Source of the DNA: a virus
Direction: 5' to 3' (one strand)
DNA: 64,000 nucleotides
Virus record (IMG/VR): IMGVR_UViG_3300045988_142085
Location: 128,001 to 192,000 of that record
Shown piece after piece: positions 26,720 through 37,427 of this stretch (its first letter is position 1; each line of letters opens with the position of its first letter). The translations under genes and the position numbers were made by a program. The notes under the pieces are model-generated. The model searched no databases. It was not told where the DNA came from and was given only the letters and a program-made list of their open reading frames with translations.

Positions 26720-28777
26720 TTATTCGAAATCAGAAGCAAAGCTTACTGTAATTTCTTTTAGGGAACCCATTTGTTCTTGTTTGGTGATAGAGCTATCACT
26801 TAATTCAGGATTTTCCCAATATACTTGAACTTCGAAATCATTATAGTCAACGACTTCTTGTCCTTCTTCATATAAAGGTGTTTCAAAGATCAAACGATCG
26901 CTAACGCCATCCATATAGCTATGAACGTCTTTAACGACTTCAGTAAGCGGAACAATGAATCGTTTAAACTGACCTTTAGTAATGATACCGTCTTTAAATT
27001 TATATTCACGTGCTTTAATGGCTACTACGTAGCCAACACGATACACAGGATCATTATCGTTAACCAATACTGGATTAATTGTCGTTACAGATTCCGTATT
27101 GAAACCTTTTACTTTAGTAATGTTTTCACCGATAATAACATCGACAGGCATAGAAATATCGGATGGATCACCACGACGTAATTCCATTGGTTTATTAATT
27201 TCAGTTTTTAAACCTAATTCATGTACTGAATTAATTGTACCATTTTTTGGATTTCTTTTCAAGGTAATTGCTTCAGTCGTGAACAAAGATGGAGAACTTA
27301 ATGTGCTGGCTTCATATAAGCCTTCACGTTTAATTCTTAATTCTACACGAGCTTTAGAAGCACGTTGTAATCTACGATTATAAATATGAGCAGAATATAA
27401 ACCTTCATTTACAGGACTAGGTTGATTTGTTAACTTTTGTTGTGTTTTAAATTGGAAATAAAGATCACGTTTTTTAGTTTCGTCTGTTTCTGTTAACGCA
27501 TGAGCAACAGCAACATCGGATTTACGTTCATAATCATAAAAGATATTATTTAATTGAAGATCGGATTTATTATGATTAATCAATTCGATTTCATAGTAGT
27601 TATCTGTATTAACTTCCATGAATTCTACGATCAAGCAATAACGTGTAGGATCTTGATAATAATTATCTGGGATAATAGGATATTTACCGTCTTGTTGGAA
27701 GCTAAATTTTACATACTGACGTTCAACAGTAGCGCTTACTGCTTTAGGCTGTGTCTTAGCAAAGAATTTAAATTTATCATCTTTATTAGCTTGAGAAGAC
27801 TTATAAGCAGCTTCAGCTTGTTGACCGTTTTTAAATAAATCGACATCTCGTGCGTCGATTAAATAACAATTAACTGGGCCTGGGTTACCGTAAGCCTTTA
27901 GGCAAAGCTCGACAGTTTTTAAATAACCAGTTTTGCCTTCGCTAAATTTTAAAGTAGTCGCATAGCCAAAACCTGGCTTCATCATTTTAACAAACTCACG
28001 ACTAGTATCGTCAGTTTCGCCAGATGCATATTCTTCATCGCCCATTACTGTTTCTAAAGGACGAGCAAATAAGAAATCGCCATTATAAATAGCACCATAA
28101 GATTTATATACTTGATAGTATTCTGCATTTTGAAGAATAACGCTATTTGCAATATTGCGATCTAACGTTAATTTAAAATTAGCCTTATCGACAGCTGCTA
28201 CTTGACGAATACATTCTAAACCAGTATTGCTATTTACAACAGCAATGAAATCATACTGAGAAAATTGATCCATATTAGTATTCGCTGGGAATACTAAAGA
28301 TTTTCTATCGAGCTGAACTGTATTTTTAGTGTTAGCTAATTCTTTATTTAAATGAACTTGGTTAAATTCATGGAAACAATCATAATATCCGTCATAATAA
28401 CCGATATCTTTTACGTAACCATTCTTAGCTAATTGGCCACGAAGTTGATATAATTCATCTCGTAATGCTAAGATATCACTACCAAATTTAGATTTAATAT
28501 TTTCAGTTCTTTTATTAAGACTATTACCGGTCGTAGTAGTCATATAATCAGAAGCTAATTTGCCCCCAAGCTTTAAAGAGTTGGGAACTGTTTCACGATC
28601 ACCGTCGATACTTACAGCGATGTGGTCGGCAGCAATGCCGCCGACTTTATCTACATCTTCTGCTTTAGTATCACTATGATCTCTACGGTATACCAAATTA
28701 CCTTTTGCGATGACTGTTTCAGTAACAGCATCCATATCGATTTGGTTTATTGTAACTTTAGTAAAGTCTTGTGCCAT
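26720..28777 (-). CDS. Large structural protein (baseplate/tail component, unassigned)
   Basis: 685-aa ORF, beta-rich, no recognisable catalytic motif. Confidence 0.45.
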   Translation of the reverse strand: MAQDFTKVTINQIDMDAVTETVIAKGNLVYRRDHSDTKAEDVDKVGGIAADHIAVSIDGDRETVPNSLKLGGKLASDYMTTTTGNSLNKRTENIKSKFGSDILALRDELYQLRGQLAKNGYVKDIGYYDGYYDCFHEFNQVHLNKELANTKNTVQLDRKSLVFPANTNMDQFSQYDFIAVVNSNTGLECIRQVAAVDKANFKLTLDRNIANSVILQNAEYYQVYKSYGAIYNGDFLFARPLETVMGDEEYASGETDDTSREFVKMMKPGFGYATTLKFSEGKTGYLKTVELCLKAYGNPGPVNCYLIDARDVDLFKNGQQAEAAYKSSQANKDDKFKFFAKTQPKAVSATVERQYVKFSFQQDGKYPIIPDNYYQDPTRYCLIVEFMEVNTDNYYEIELINHNKSDLQLNNIFYDYERKSDVAVAHALTETDETKKRDLYFQFKTQQKLTNQPSPVNEGLYSAHIYNRRLQRASKARVELRIKREGLYEASTLSSPSLFTTEAITLKRNPKNGTINSVHELGLKTEINKPMELRRGDPSDISMPVDVIIGENITKVKGFNTESVTTINPVLVNDNDPVYRVGYVVAIKAREYKFKDGIITKGQFKRFIVPLTEVVKDVHSYMDGVSDRLIFETPLYEEGQEVVDYNDFEVQVYWENPELSDSSITKQEQMGSLKEITVSFASDFE

Positions 28778-28791
28778 TAAAATCTCCTGCG

Positions 28792-31700
28792 TTATACGCG
28801 ATAATCATAAGTGATATAATGTTTTATACTTGTTGTATATTCTGATTTTCCAGTACGCTTTTTCCATGCTTCCATCTTTTCAGGATTTTCATATAAATCA
28901 ATATATAATGGATCATTGGCTAATAACGCAGCGACTTTTCTATCAGTAAACGTAATACAGCTTTTATATTTATTTAAAACATATCCATTTACTATATTAC
29001 GACTCAAACCAGTAAATAGACCATTTATATAGAATAAAACTTCGTCTTTAGATTCGAGAACTTGAGGATCGATTTTATAATCATTAATCGGGAATTCAGG
29101 AACACGATTATATCGCATTTTGAATGTTTCTTCTTTACGTTTATAATCTTGACGAATTTCGATCGTAATTCTATCTGGTTGATGATGATGCACAGTATAA
29201 GAAGTATCTGTTTCTTTTTTATAGAAGGATTCGTTAGGATAATTACTTGCTGTCGTACCGATATAAGGGCGATCAGAATTAATAATCTGAATTGTTTTAT
29301 TGCCGATCAAAGTCCAATCTTCTTTAGGTAAACGAACGCCGTTACGATATACGACCAATCGACCTGGATATAAATATAATTCAGTTTGAGCCGGAATTTC
29401 GTATACATTGGTACCGATAGAATTAGTATTATCTAAAGTAATAACGTCCATTACTTTAGAAGCACCAGTTTCTAGTTGTTCGATAGTATAATGAATCTTT
29501 TCACCAGGTTTAATATCGTTAGCAGGGCCTAAGAATTTAATAGAGGCACCATCTTCATTTTCGACATAATCGATATCGAGAATTTGACGAACGCCGTTAC
29601 GGAACACTGTTAATGCATTTACACGAGGAGAATATTTATCGTATTGCATATAGAAAGAACGATTTGTCGGATCAGTAGAATCCATAATGAAATCACCAAT
29701 CTTAATTGCGTTTTCACTATCGCCAGCAAATTTATATGCAAAAATATCGATGCTATCTTCTGGTAAAACCGGGATATTCATCTTAACTGCCGATACAGTA
29801 TTTTCATAAGACGTACAAATAGTTTTAATATCCTTAAGTTCTTTATCGGTAGCAAGTCTCCAGATCTTTTTATAATCGTCGTAAATTTGAACGGTTGCAG
29901 CATCTGTTAAGTCATCAGGCATAAATAATACGACTTCACCATCTGCAGTACTTTGTTCACGTTCTTTAGGAGATACTGGAGAAATTAATGGTTGTTGGTT
30001 ACATAATAATTTACCGTTATGATAAACTAAACTGTCGCTTAATGCACCAGTAAAATATGTATCCATAGCACTAGCGCCATCGAATAATCGATCGTCAGGA
30101 TCTCGCAATAATAAATATTGTTGACCTGGGAATAAACCATCTTTTAATGTTAAATAATGGTAATCTTTATTCCATTCAATATTCTTAGGATTAATTAACA
30201 TACCGTCTAAGAATAAAATAATTTCATCGGTATTCGTAATTACACGAGGATCGTAATAAATTACGTTTTGTCCGCTGTGGCCGATTTGACCTTGTTGAAC
30301 GATAAGAGAATGTTCACCGTTATTATACAAGGCAGTCGCATCGATATTTGGTGTGCCAGTTTCAGTTGCTAGAGTACGGTTAGTACCAGCAATAATATTA
30401 TTATCAAAGTTTACAGTACCGGCGGCATAAGCATTTTCTTCGCCCGGAATATATGCTTCAATTACTGTCCATGGCATATTAACTTTAGCACGAGGAACGA
30501 AAATTTTATCGTCACGGAAAATTAAACCACCAAATAATGGATGAATTAATTCACCGGCTACGAATACTAATGGAGATTTAAATTTCTTATGTAAATAAAT
30601 AACGCCTTGATTATCGAGGTTAGTTTCTACGATATAACCAGAGTCTTTAATATAATTTTTAAAGACGTGCACTTCATCTTCTTTATAAATCTTATCTTCG
30701 AGTTTTACGAGTTGATTTTTAACGTCGACATCGTAAAACTGTTCTTCGAGCATTAAGCCATCGAAGAATAGATTAATAGATTCTGGAAGATCTGGAATAT
30801 GGAAGCCTTCGAATAGATTGCCATTATTTAACTTCTTTAAAGAACCAGTATAATTAATCCAGTTAAAATCATAAGTAACTGCTAAGATATAATCATAATT
30901 TTGAACGGTACGATAATTCAAAGAAATTTTCTTATGCAAGATAACATAATCGCCGAAACGATTATCTGGGTCATCTTTCATAGAAATATCTCGACGCATT
31001 GTTCTGTTGTCAACAGTTACCTTATCTGGCTTATTATAATTAATTCCAGGATTTAATTGTGCATTAATTTTATCGACACCTGGAACACCTGACGTATTAT
31101 CTAAAGCTCTTGCTGTACTATGTGTTAATCCTGTTTCTACTTTTTCGTAATAAGGATATAAATGATCGCCTTTATTCTCGCCAGCTCTAAAACCATAGAA
31201 CTCAGTATTATTAGGATTAATATCGATAATAGCATTCGTATTGCTATCGTCTTTATTAATTTTAAATAAACGCTTAGTAATATTAGATAATTTTTGAGCG
31301 TTAATATGTAATGCACTTAAATTCTTATTCTGAGCTTTTACAGTCGGATATTGGAAACAAACAGTATTTACTTTTTCATAATCATTAAGTAAACTGTTCT
31401 CCATAAAGATTCTATCATGATTAACGTTAGGAATAACGTATTGTGTTCTATGATTAGGATCGACTAATTTATCATGAGTCGGAGCCGTAAACGGATCTTC
31501 CCATTCAAAGTCGAATGTATCGACTTCTTCGACAGCATTCTTTTTAGAACGTTGATATCCAGTCTTTAATTCGTTTTCATAGCGTTTAGAATCGCCGTCT
31601 TGTAAACTCGGTACAGTAACATGTCCGACAGAAAGTAACGGGCTAACGAGAGCGAAATCGGCAAACGCTGCTTCATTAAATTGTGCGTCGTCAGCCGGAA

Positions 31701-32070
31701 TCGATTTAATCGGCTTCCATTCTCTGCCGTCGAAATATAACATGATACCGTTATAAATCCATAACTGACCTTTAACAGGATTTACCGGAGTCGTTTCTTC
31801 GGTCAAATGTTCGATAATTTGAAATTTATTATCGAATACATTAACCCATTGTTTCTTGACGCCATCATAATATTTTAATTCATTAGTTCTATCTTTACGC
31901 CATAAAGAACCATGAATATTATTGTCAGGAACTGCATTAGCTCCGACAACTTTTTCTTGCTCGGTGATATCTGGGTTAATATCTTTGACAGCAGTAAAGA
32001 TATCATACAGCTCTTGATTTAAGAGTTGTTCAGATCCACGACCTTGTTTAAATGTTCGATTTTTCTTCAT
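28792..32070 (-). CDS. Large baseplate/tail fibre structural protein (1092 aa)
   Basis: Long ORF rich in N/Y/G/D beta-type sequence. Position within the fibre gene block. Confidence 0.45.
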   Translation of the reverse strand: MKKNRTFKQGRGSEQLLNQELYDIFTAVKDINPDITEQEKVVGANAVPDNNIHGSLWRKDRTNELKYYDGVKKQWVNVFDNKFQIIEHLTEETTPVNPVKGQLWIYNGIMLYFDGREWKPIKSIPADDAQFNEAAFADFALVSPLLSVGHVTVPSLQDGDSKRYENELKTGYQRSKKNAVEEVDTFDFEWEDPFTAPTHDKLVDPNHRTQYVIPNVNHDRIFMENSLLNDYEKVNTVCFQYPTVKAQNKNLSALHINAQKLSNITKRLFKINKDDSNTNAIIDINPNNTEFYGFRAGENKGDHLYPYYEKVETGLTHSTARALDNTSGVPGVDKINAQLNPGINYNKPDKVTVDNRTMRRDISMKDDPDNRFGDYVILHKKISLNYRTVQNYDYILAVTYDFNWINYTGSLKKLNNGNLFEGFHIPDLPESINLFFDGLMLEEQFYDVDVKNQLVKLEDKIYKEDEVHVFKNYIKDSGYIVETNLDNQGVIYLHKKFKSPLVFVAGELIHPLFGGLIFRDDKIFVPRAKVNMPWTVIEAYIPGEENAYAAGTVNFDNNIIAGTNRTLATETGTPNIDATALYNNGEHSLIVQQGQIGHSGQNVIYYDPRVITNTDEIILFLDGMLINPKNIEWNKDYHYLTLKDGLFPGQQYLLLRDPDDRLFDGASAMDTYFTGALSDSLVYHNGKLLCNQQPLISPVSPKEREQSTADGEVVLFMPDDLTDAATVQIYDDYKKIWRLATDKELKDIKTICTSYENTVSAVKMNIPVLPEDSIDIFAYKFAGDSENAIKIGDFIMDSTDPTNRSFYMQYDKYSPRVNALTVFRNGVRQILDIDYVENEDGASIKFLGPANDIKPGEKIHYTIEQLETGASKVMDVITLDNTNSIGTNVYEIPAQTELYLYPGRLVVYRNGVRLPKEDWTLIGNKTIQIINSDRPYIGTTASNYPNESFYKKETDTSYTVHHHQPDRITIEIRQDYKRKEETFKMRYNRVPEFPINDYKIDPQVLESKDEVLFYINGLFTGLSRNIVNGYVLNKYKSCITFTDRKVAALLANDPLYIDLYENPEKMEAWKKRTGKSEYTTSIKHYITYDYRV

Positions 32071-32080
32071 TGACTATCCC

Positions 32081-32701
32081 TTAACCCATATTCTTCGGAG
32101 CATAAATCATATATTGAAATTCGATATTAGCAGCACCGGTATTGCCGACATAAATGAAATTAGAATCTTTTTTAACCCATATATCGCCAGCTTTTGCTGC
32201 GCTATGTAATGGCTTAATTGATACAAAATCAGGAGTGACACCGACATTTCTATCGTCGTGTAAATTATGCGGAATCCTAACTTCGTTAGACTTGCCTAAA
32301 AATGTAGATTGACCTACTTTATATAAAATAATGTTGCCACCAAATAATCTATATTTATTTTTATATTTTAAATAAAAGCGTTTCTCGCCATTATGGAAAT
32401 AAGCGTCGTTATGATTATCGATATCAAAATGATTATCGGTCGTAACAATTTTATCTATCTTATTATTATAGTTATCTTTATTAGCTTTAGATATAAATCG
32501 ATGTAGATTGTTCGTCTTAATCGCTGTCGCTAATATTTTAATCTTTTTAATTTCTTCGATACTGGCAAGTTTATCGAATAAGCCCAAGTTTTTAATCGCT
32601 TGGGCTTTATCGGCTAAATCATTTAAATTATAAAATATAGATACATAAGTAGAAAATGCTAAATCTTTTATTTCGTCTTTTAATTTAATTGACCATTTCA
32701 T
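32081..32701 (-). CDS. Small fibre-associated protein, paralog of the 32698..33342 gene
   Basis: N-terminal ..DKAQAIKNLGLFDKLASIEEIKK.. versus ..DKDAAITNLGLYDKFISKEALQS.. in the neighbour. ATGA overlap. Confidence 0.45.
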   Translation of the reverse strand: MKWSIKLKDEIKDLAFSTYVSIFYNLNDLADKAQAIKNLGLFDKLASIEEIKKIKILATAIKTNNLHRFISKANKDNYNNKIDKIVTTDNHFDIDNHNDAYFHNGEKRFYLKYKNKYRLFGGNIILYKVGQSTFLGKSNEVRIPHNLHDDRNVGVTPDFVSIKPLHSAAKAGDIWVKKDSNFIYVGNTGAANIEFQYMIYAPKNMG

Positions 32702-33342
32702 CGATTAACACTTCCTAACGGATATACAATCATACACTGGAATGCACCAGTAAAGGAACCAGTGTTATAAATATTAATAAGTTCAGAAGTATAAGACACA
32801 GATACTTCACCGAGGTCGCCGCCAGTATATTCGACACATTGAACATCGACGAAGATCGGAGAAATTAATGTACCATCTTCTCGTGTTTTAGTGTTACGAA
32901 TAATAGTCGGTTGAGAATTACCAGAGAAGAACCCGTTAACGATTTTAATGTTATCGAGAGCAGAAGCACCGCCAATAAGGACGTTTTTATTATTTAAACC
33001 GATGTAAAACTTTTCGTTTGCTTCATCGTAACCAATTTGGTTTTCTTCTAATTGCGTCTGAATTTCGACTGGCTTATTTAATTTATTATTCCAATTATTT
33101 TTATCGCTATCGCTAACGAACTGATGGTCGGCATCGGTTTGAATATTTTCTGGTGTAAATACATCTGGTAAAAATCCAGATTGAAGAGCTTCTTTCGAAA
33201 TAAACTTATCGTAAAGGCCTAAATTAGTAATTGCTGCATCTTTATCTTTTACGTCAGATAAGTTTTTATTTCGATCGAGAATTTCGTCGGATGATATCGG
33301 AACCCACTTTTTAAGTTTGTCGACATAAACACTAACTTTCAT
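32698..33342 (-). CDS. Small fibre-associated protein, paralog of the 32081..32701 gene
   Basis: 214-aa ORF sharing an N-terminal motif with the downstream neighbour. Confidence 0.45.
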   Translation of the reverse strand: MKVSVYVDKLKKWVPISSDEILDRNKNLSDVKDKDAAITNLGLYDKFISKEALQSGFLPDVFTPENIQTDADHQFVSDSDKNNWNNKLNKPVEIQTQLEENQIGYDEANEKFYIGLNNKNVLIGGASALDNIKIVNGFFSGNSQPTIIRNTKTREDGTLISPIFVDVQCVEYTGGDLGEVSVSYTSELINIYNTGSFTGAFQCMIVYPLGSVNR

Positions 33343-33355
33343 TTAATCGACCTCC

Positions 33356-34897
33356 TTAAACTACTGCAGGACCAGCTACACGAACAATACGACACATTTG
33401 AGGAAGACCTTCCTTACCTGTAAATGTATATGTTTCAGGAAGCATGATAGTATTAATATTATCACATGCTACAAATGCACCATCTCTAATAGTTTTTACG
33501 GACGGTAAAAATACAGAATGTAAATTAGTACAATTCTTAAATGCAGAAGCATTTACATTTGTTATAGCCGGAAACTCTAAATGCATAATTGTTTCACAGT
33601 CGTGAACAGCATTAGAAGCAATGCCGACATATGCTGTCGTTGTTTTCGCAGCATTTTCTGTATAAGAAGCAGAAATAGTATCGGCTTGAACGATAGTCGT
33701 AGAACCCGTTATGCTAAGAGTTTCGATAGAATCGTCAGACGTAATATCGTCGATTAAAGAATTACCGAGGCCAGAAATATAAGACAATGTTTTAATAACG
33801 TCGATCGCATCAAGATCTTTTAAAGATTTTGCGTAATTACTATTAACTGCCATAGAAGCAAATTGAGTATTAACGTTATTTAACTGTGCATTATTCGATG
33901 CAACAGAAATAGCGACATCTTTTAATCCTTTATATAAAGCGAATAAAGATTGAATAACGGTCGCCTTATTGTTAGTATTAACATTATCTAACAAATTTTG
34001 AATATAAGTCTGATAATCGAGATTGTTAAGTAACGTATAATCACCGACATAAGTCGTTTTTAATGTATCAACAAAACCGGCGGCTAATGCTTGATTAACG
34101 AGAGTGTTAATACGAGAATTAATATTAACATTTAATTGATCGATCGTATTAAGTTTAGCCTGAATACTAGCATCAAGATCTGCCATATTAATATCGTTAT
34201 CTAAACGACGATATTCAGATAAGTCATTTCTAACGACTACATTATCTAATTTACTATAATTAGACTGAAGAGAAATAATTGCAGGACGTAATGTATCATT
34301 AACATCGTTCACGGTAATCTTTTGATCTTGTAAACGGTATCGAGCATCGGCAAAATCTCTTGTAATAGCAGTGTTAGGTAAATCGCTGATAATACGTTTT
34401 AATTGTTCGATATCGTTAGCGACGAAATTAAGGCCAGCAAATGTCGTATTTAAAGCATTTACCTTATCTATAATATTACGGATTTGAGTTTGAAATTCTT
34501 CACTTAAATCTGTTAATTGAAGCTTTTCAGATTTAGCACGATATTTATTATCGGCATCTGAAATATTTAATTTAGTTAATAATGCATCTGCGAAATCTTG
34601 CATATCATCGATAAGAGATTGCATTTCTGCATTAAGCATTTCTTTTGTTAACTTATCAGAAGTTTTATTAAACCATCCAGTTTTCGTAGCAGAGTTTTTT
34701 TCGAGAGAAATTACTCGATTACGAATCTCGGAGTCATCATAAGAGATGACTCCTTGAGATGCGTTTCCGATATTAGTTAACAATGTTTTTAATGAAGCGT
34801 CCAATTGATCCATATGGACTTGAGTTAAATTGCTGACTTGATTGATCTTATCTTGAAGATCTTTAGACAGCATAAATTCTTCTATTTTTTTAGCCAT
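33356..34897 (-). CDS. Coiled-coil fibre-like protein (513 aa)
   Basis: Long N-terminal heptad-rich region (LDASLKTLLTNIGNASQ.., many LxxN repeats) and a C-terminal Cys/Asn-rich putative head domain. Confidence 0.45.
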   Translation of the reverse strand: MAKKIEEFMLSKDLQDKINQVSNLTQVHMDQLDASLKTLLTNIGNASQGVISYDDSEIRNRVISLEKNSATKTGWFNKTSDKLTKEMLNAEMQSLIDDMQDFADALLTKLNISDADNKYRAKSEKLQLTDLSEEFQTQIRNIIDKVNALNTTFAGLNFVANDIEQLKRIISDLPNTAITRDFADARYRLQDQKITVNDVNDTLRPAIISLQSNYSKLDNVVVRNDLSEYRRLDNDINMADLDASIQAKLNTIDQLNVNINSRINTLVNQALAAGFVDTLKTTYVGDYTLLNNLDYQTYIQNLLDNVNTNNKATVIQSLFALYKGLKDVAISVASNNAQLNNVNTQFASMAVNSNYAKSLKDLDAIDVIKTLSYISGLGNSLIDDITSDDSIETLSITGSTTIVQADTISASYTENAAKTTTAYVGIASNAVHDCETIMHLEFPAITNVNASAFKNCTNLHSVFLPSVKTIRDGAFVACDNINTIMLPETYTFTGKEGLPQMCRIVRVAGPAVV

Positions 34898-34941
34898 TGA
34901 TTAACCTCTAGTACTAGAAATAATATATTATCGTTGTTATA

Positions 34942-35604
34942 TTACGGGTTTTCTTCCGTATTAACTTCTTTTTTATCGCTTAAAACAACGGCCATGGATT
35001 TATCGAACAGTTGATCTTCTGGCATATTTTTATCGATAAAAATATTATAACCAGGCTGAGTCATTTTATATATGTCATAATATTGAACATCGACCCAACA
35101 TCCAGGAACTAACACGTCGAGATCGATACCGATTCTTCGACTCGTTAATTCTTGTAGCTTATAATTCTTATCGTTACATTCGATCGTATTATTAATTGTT
35201 GCCGAAATTAAATTCTTATTTTGGATATAAGATCCTTTATCGAGTTCAAATACAGCAAACCAATCTTTTTGATAACGATAAATAAATTTATGTCGACGTT
35301 CATTTCTGTGATTTATATAAGTAATTGTATCGTTTTCTTTATCGATATCGATAACTAAAAATGGTTCTTTTATAATACGATTGCCGTGGATAATTAAATT
35401 AGAATCTTTAGTTAAGACTTCTTCAACCGGAGCCCAATCAGTTTTGCCTTCTAATTTAATTTTTACTTTACCGTTTTCTTCATCGACCAATAAAGATCCA
35501 TTAGGCAATAAATCCCATTTATAATCACTATCGCTATACACAAAAGTAGCACGACCATTACTTATTAATCGAGAAGTTATTTTTTTACTTTGTTTAACTG
35601 GCAT
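34942..35604 (-). CDS. Small protein comprising only the N-terminal module shared with the 603-aa and 1706-aa proteins
   Basis: DYKWDLLPNGSLLVDEENGKVKIKLEGKTDWAPV and FAVFELDKGSYIQNKNLISATINNTIECN match the N-termini of the next two upstream genes. Confidence 0.5.
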   Translation of the reverse strand: MPVKQSKKITSRLISNGRATFVYSDSDYKWDLLPNGSLLVDEENGKVKIKLEGKTDWAPVEEVLTKDSNLIIHGNRIIKEPFLVIDIDKENDTITYINHRNERRHKFIYRYQKDWFAVFELDKGSYIQNKNLISATINNTIECNDKNYKLQELTSRRIGIDLDVLVPGCWVDVQYYDIYKMTQPGYNIFIDKNMPEDQLFDKSMAVVLSDKKEVNTEENP

Positions 35605-35615
35605 TTATTTAACTC

Positions 35616-37427
35616 CTATAAATGATCTAAACTACTACTAGGGAATTCTAATTTTTGGTCGATATAAGAATATGCCGATAATTCAAATATAGTATCTGAC
35701 TTAGTTTCCCATGGGTTATTAGGATCAGTACCAATATGATCTAATATTTGACTATATATCGGAACTAAATAAGTATATGTATTTCCGACTTGTTTAATTA
35801 AACGAACACGGCCTTGAGTTCTTGCATCAGCTATCTTAGGAATAATCTGAACATTCATTACTGTATTCGGAACGATTAAATTTAATTTCTGATACTTAAC
35901 ACCGGCAATTGTTCGAATTGGATCACTACTTAATTGAAGATATGCCCTAATTTCTTTTGTTCGCTTAGGCTGAATGCTTGTTGTCGCTACAGTTGATGCG
36001 GCATTTTCTCTTGCGTCGCTAGCCATAAAAGAAACATATTGCATATTATTAGACAATGATACATTATATTCATAATCATAATATGTTTTGCCATCTTCTT
36101 CACCGTTCGTCGATGTAACGTATCTTAAATTTTCTGGGTTATTAGAAGCCGTAATAAGAGTAAGCTCTTTATTATAAACAGTACGAACAGATAATTTAGC
36201 TGTTTGATTATAAATATCAGGAACAAGATATTCTTTAGATACGATTCTAATCGGAATTTCGACTGGATCTTTTGCTTCGATTAGAATACGTTCTAATTTA
36301 AAAGAAAGTTTTCCTTGCTTATGAGCTGTAATGTCGACATAATAAGATTTATTTTTTCTATCGAAACTAACGTCGTATCCGTTGTTTGGAATAAATCTAA
36401 CGTTAGAAGTATCAGCAGTACTATATATAGTAAACTTTAAATCAGATTCACCGATAAGATGTAAACTCGTTTTATTTTTAGATAATTGCAAATTTTGTAA
36501 TGCAATACTTACTTTAGAAGTAGAATGAATATCTCGAGTAACTTCGTTAGTTAGATAATCATTGTTCTCGCCGACAATTCTTAACGTATAAATTTCATTA
36601 TATGCCAACGGAACTTTAATTGTCGTCCAAGATCGATTACTTATTTTTGTCGCAGCTAAATCATCGCCTTTATAAATCTTAAAAGTACTATTGCTAATAG
36701 ATTTTAACAAAATAGAAAGTTGCATCGAATTATAATCGTATCGAATATATGGAGTAATCGGAAGCTTTTGCTTCATATGTTCACTACGCTTACTATTAAT
36801 CCAAAAATCACCAGGCTCAGGATTAGCAGGCTCGTCTTCTTGATTGTAGAATCGAGGGACTGGATTACCGACACGATATCGTTCGACATAATAGACATCG
36901 ATTTCACATCCTTGCTCTAACTGTGTAGAATTAAGAACAAAATGAGTACTATCAAGTTCTTTAAGAGTTTTAGTGGCCGGAGAACACTCGATCGCATTAT
37001 TAATTAATGCTTTAATATGATGATTGCCAGGAATATATTGACCTTTATCTAACTCAAATACAAAGTTGTCTTGTCGAGTTAATTTAGATTCCTTATATAC
37101 ACCATTAATAGAATAATATAACTTACCTTCTATACGATCATAGTCGATAAAGATAATTTTTTCACAAACCATCCTAGATGATTCCTCAACTATTAATGAT
37201 TCACTAGCGGGTAGCTTAAGTGCTACCCAACTAGGACCATATTTAGAAAATGGATCTTTAGGATCTTGATTATCGACATTGTATTTTAATTTAATACCGA
37301 TATTATTATCTTTAGGATCGACAACTATTGTACCGAATTTTGCGGAGTTCCAATCATATGTTTCATAGTCATGATATATAATAGGAAGACCTATTGTTTT
37401 TTCAAAATAATCATTAAGCTTAGACAT
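35616..37427 (-). CDS. Baseplate/fibre protein sharing the N-terminal module (603 aa)
   Basis: FVFELDKGQYIPGNHHIKALINNAIECS and a ..IGIKLKYN.. motif shared with neighbours. C-terminal ~400 aa unique. Confidence 0.5.
   Translation of the reverse strand: MSKLNDYFEKTIGLPIIYHDYETYDWNSAKFGTIVVDPKDNNIGIKLKYNVDNQDPKDPFSKYGPSWVALKLPASESLIVEESSRMVCEKIIFIDYDRIEGKLYYSINGVYKESKLTRQDNFVFELDKGQYIPGNHHIKALINNAIECSPATKTLKELDSTHFVLNSTQLEQGCEIDVYYVERYRVGNPVPRFYNQEDEPANPEPGDFWINSKRSEHMKQKLPITPYIRYDYNSMQLSILLKSISNSTFKIYKGDDLAATKISNRSWTTIKVPLAYNEIYTLRIVGENNDYLTNEVTRDIHSTSKVSIALQNLQLSKNKTSLHLIGESDLKFTIYSTADTSNVRFIPNNGYDVSFDRKNKSYYVDITAHKQGKLSFKLERILIEAKDPVEIPIRIVSKEYLVPDIYNQTAKLSVRTVYNKELTLITASNNPENLRYVTSTNGEEDGKTYYDYEYNVSLSNNMQYVSFMASDARENAASTVATTSIQPKRTKEIRAYLQLSSDPIRTIAGVKYQKLNLIVPNTVMNVQIIPKIADARTQGRVRLIKQVGNTYTYLVPIYSQILDHIGTDPNNPWETKSDTIFELSAYSYIDQKLEFPSSSLDHL

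Noticed and set aside
26921-29331. Several plus-strand 86-94 aa ORFs (26921..27181, 27099..27383, 27554..27838, 29062..29331), and similar ones at 43104..44423, 48241..49018, 56002..56220, 58014..58220, 60445..60657 and 62915..63133
   Set aside because: All lie nested in or antisense to long minus-strand structural genes. They are Phe/Ile/Leu-rich in the way expected from reverse-complemented AT-rich codons.
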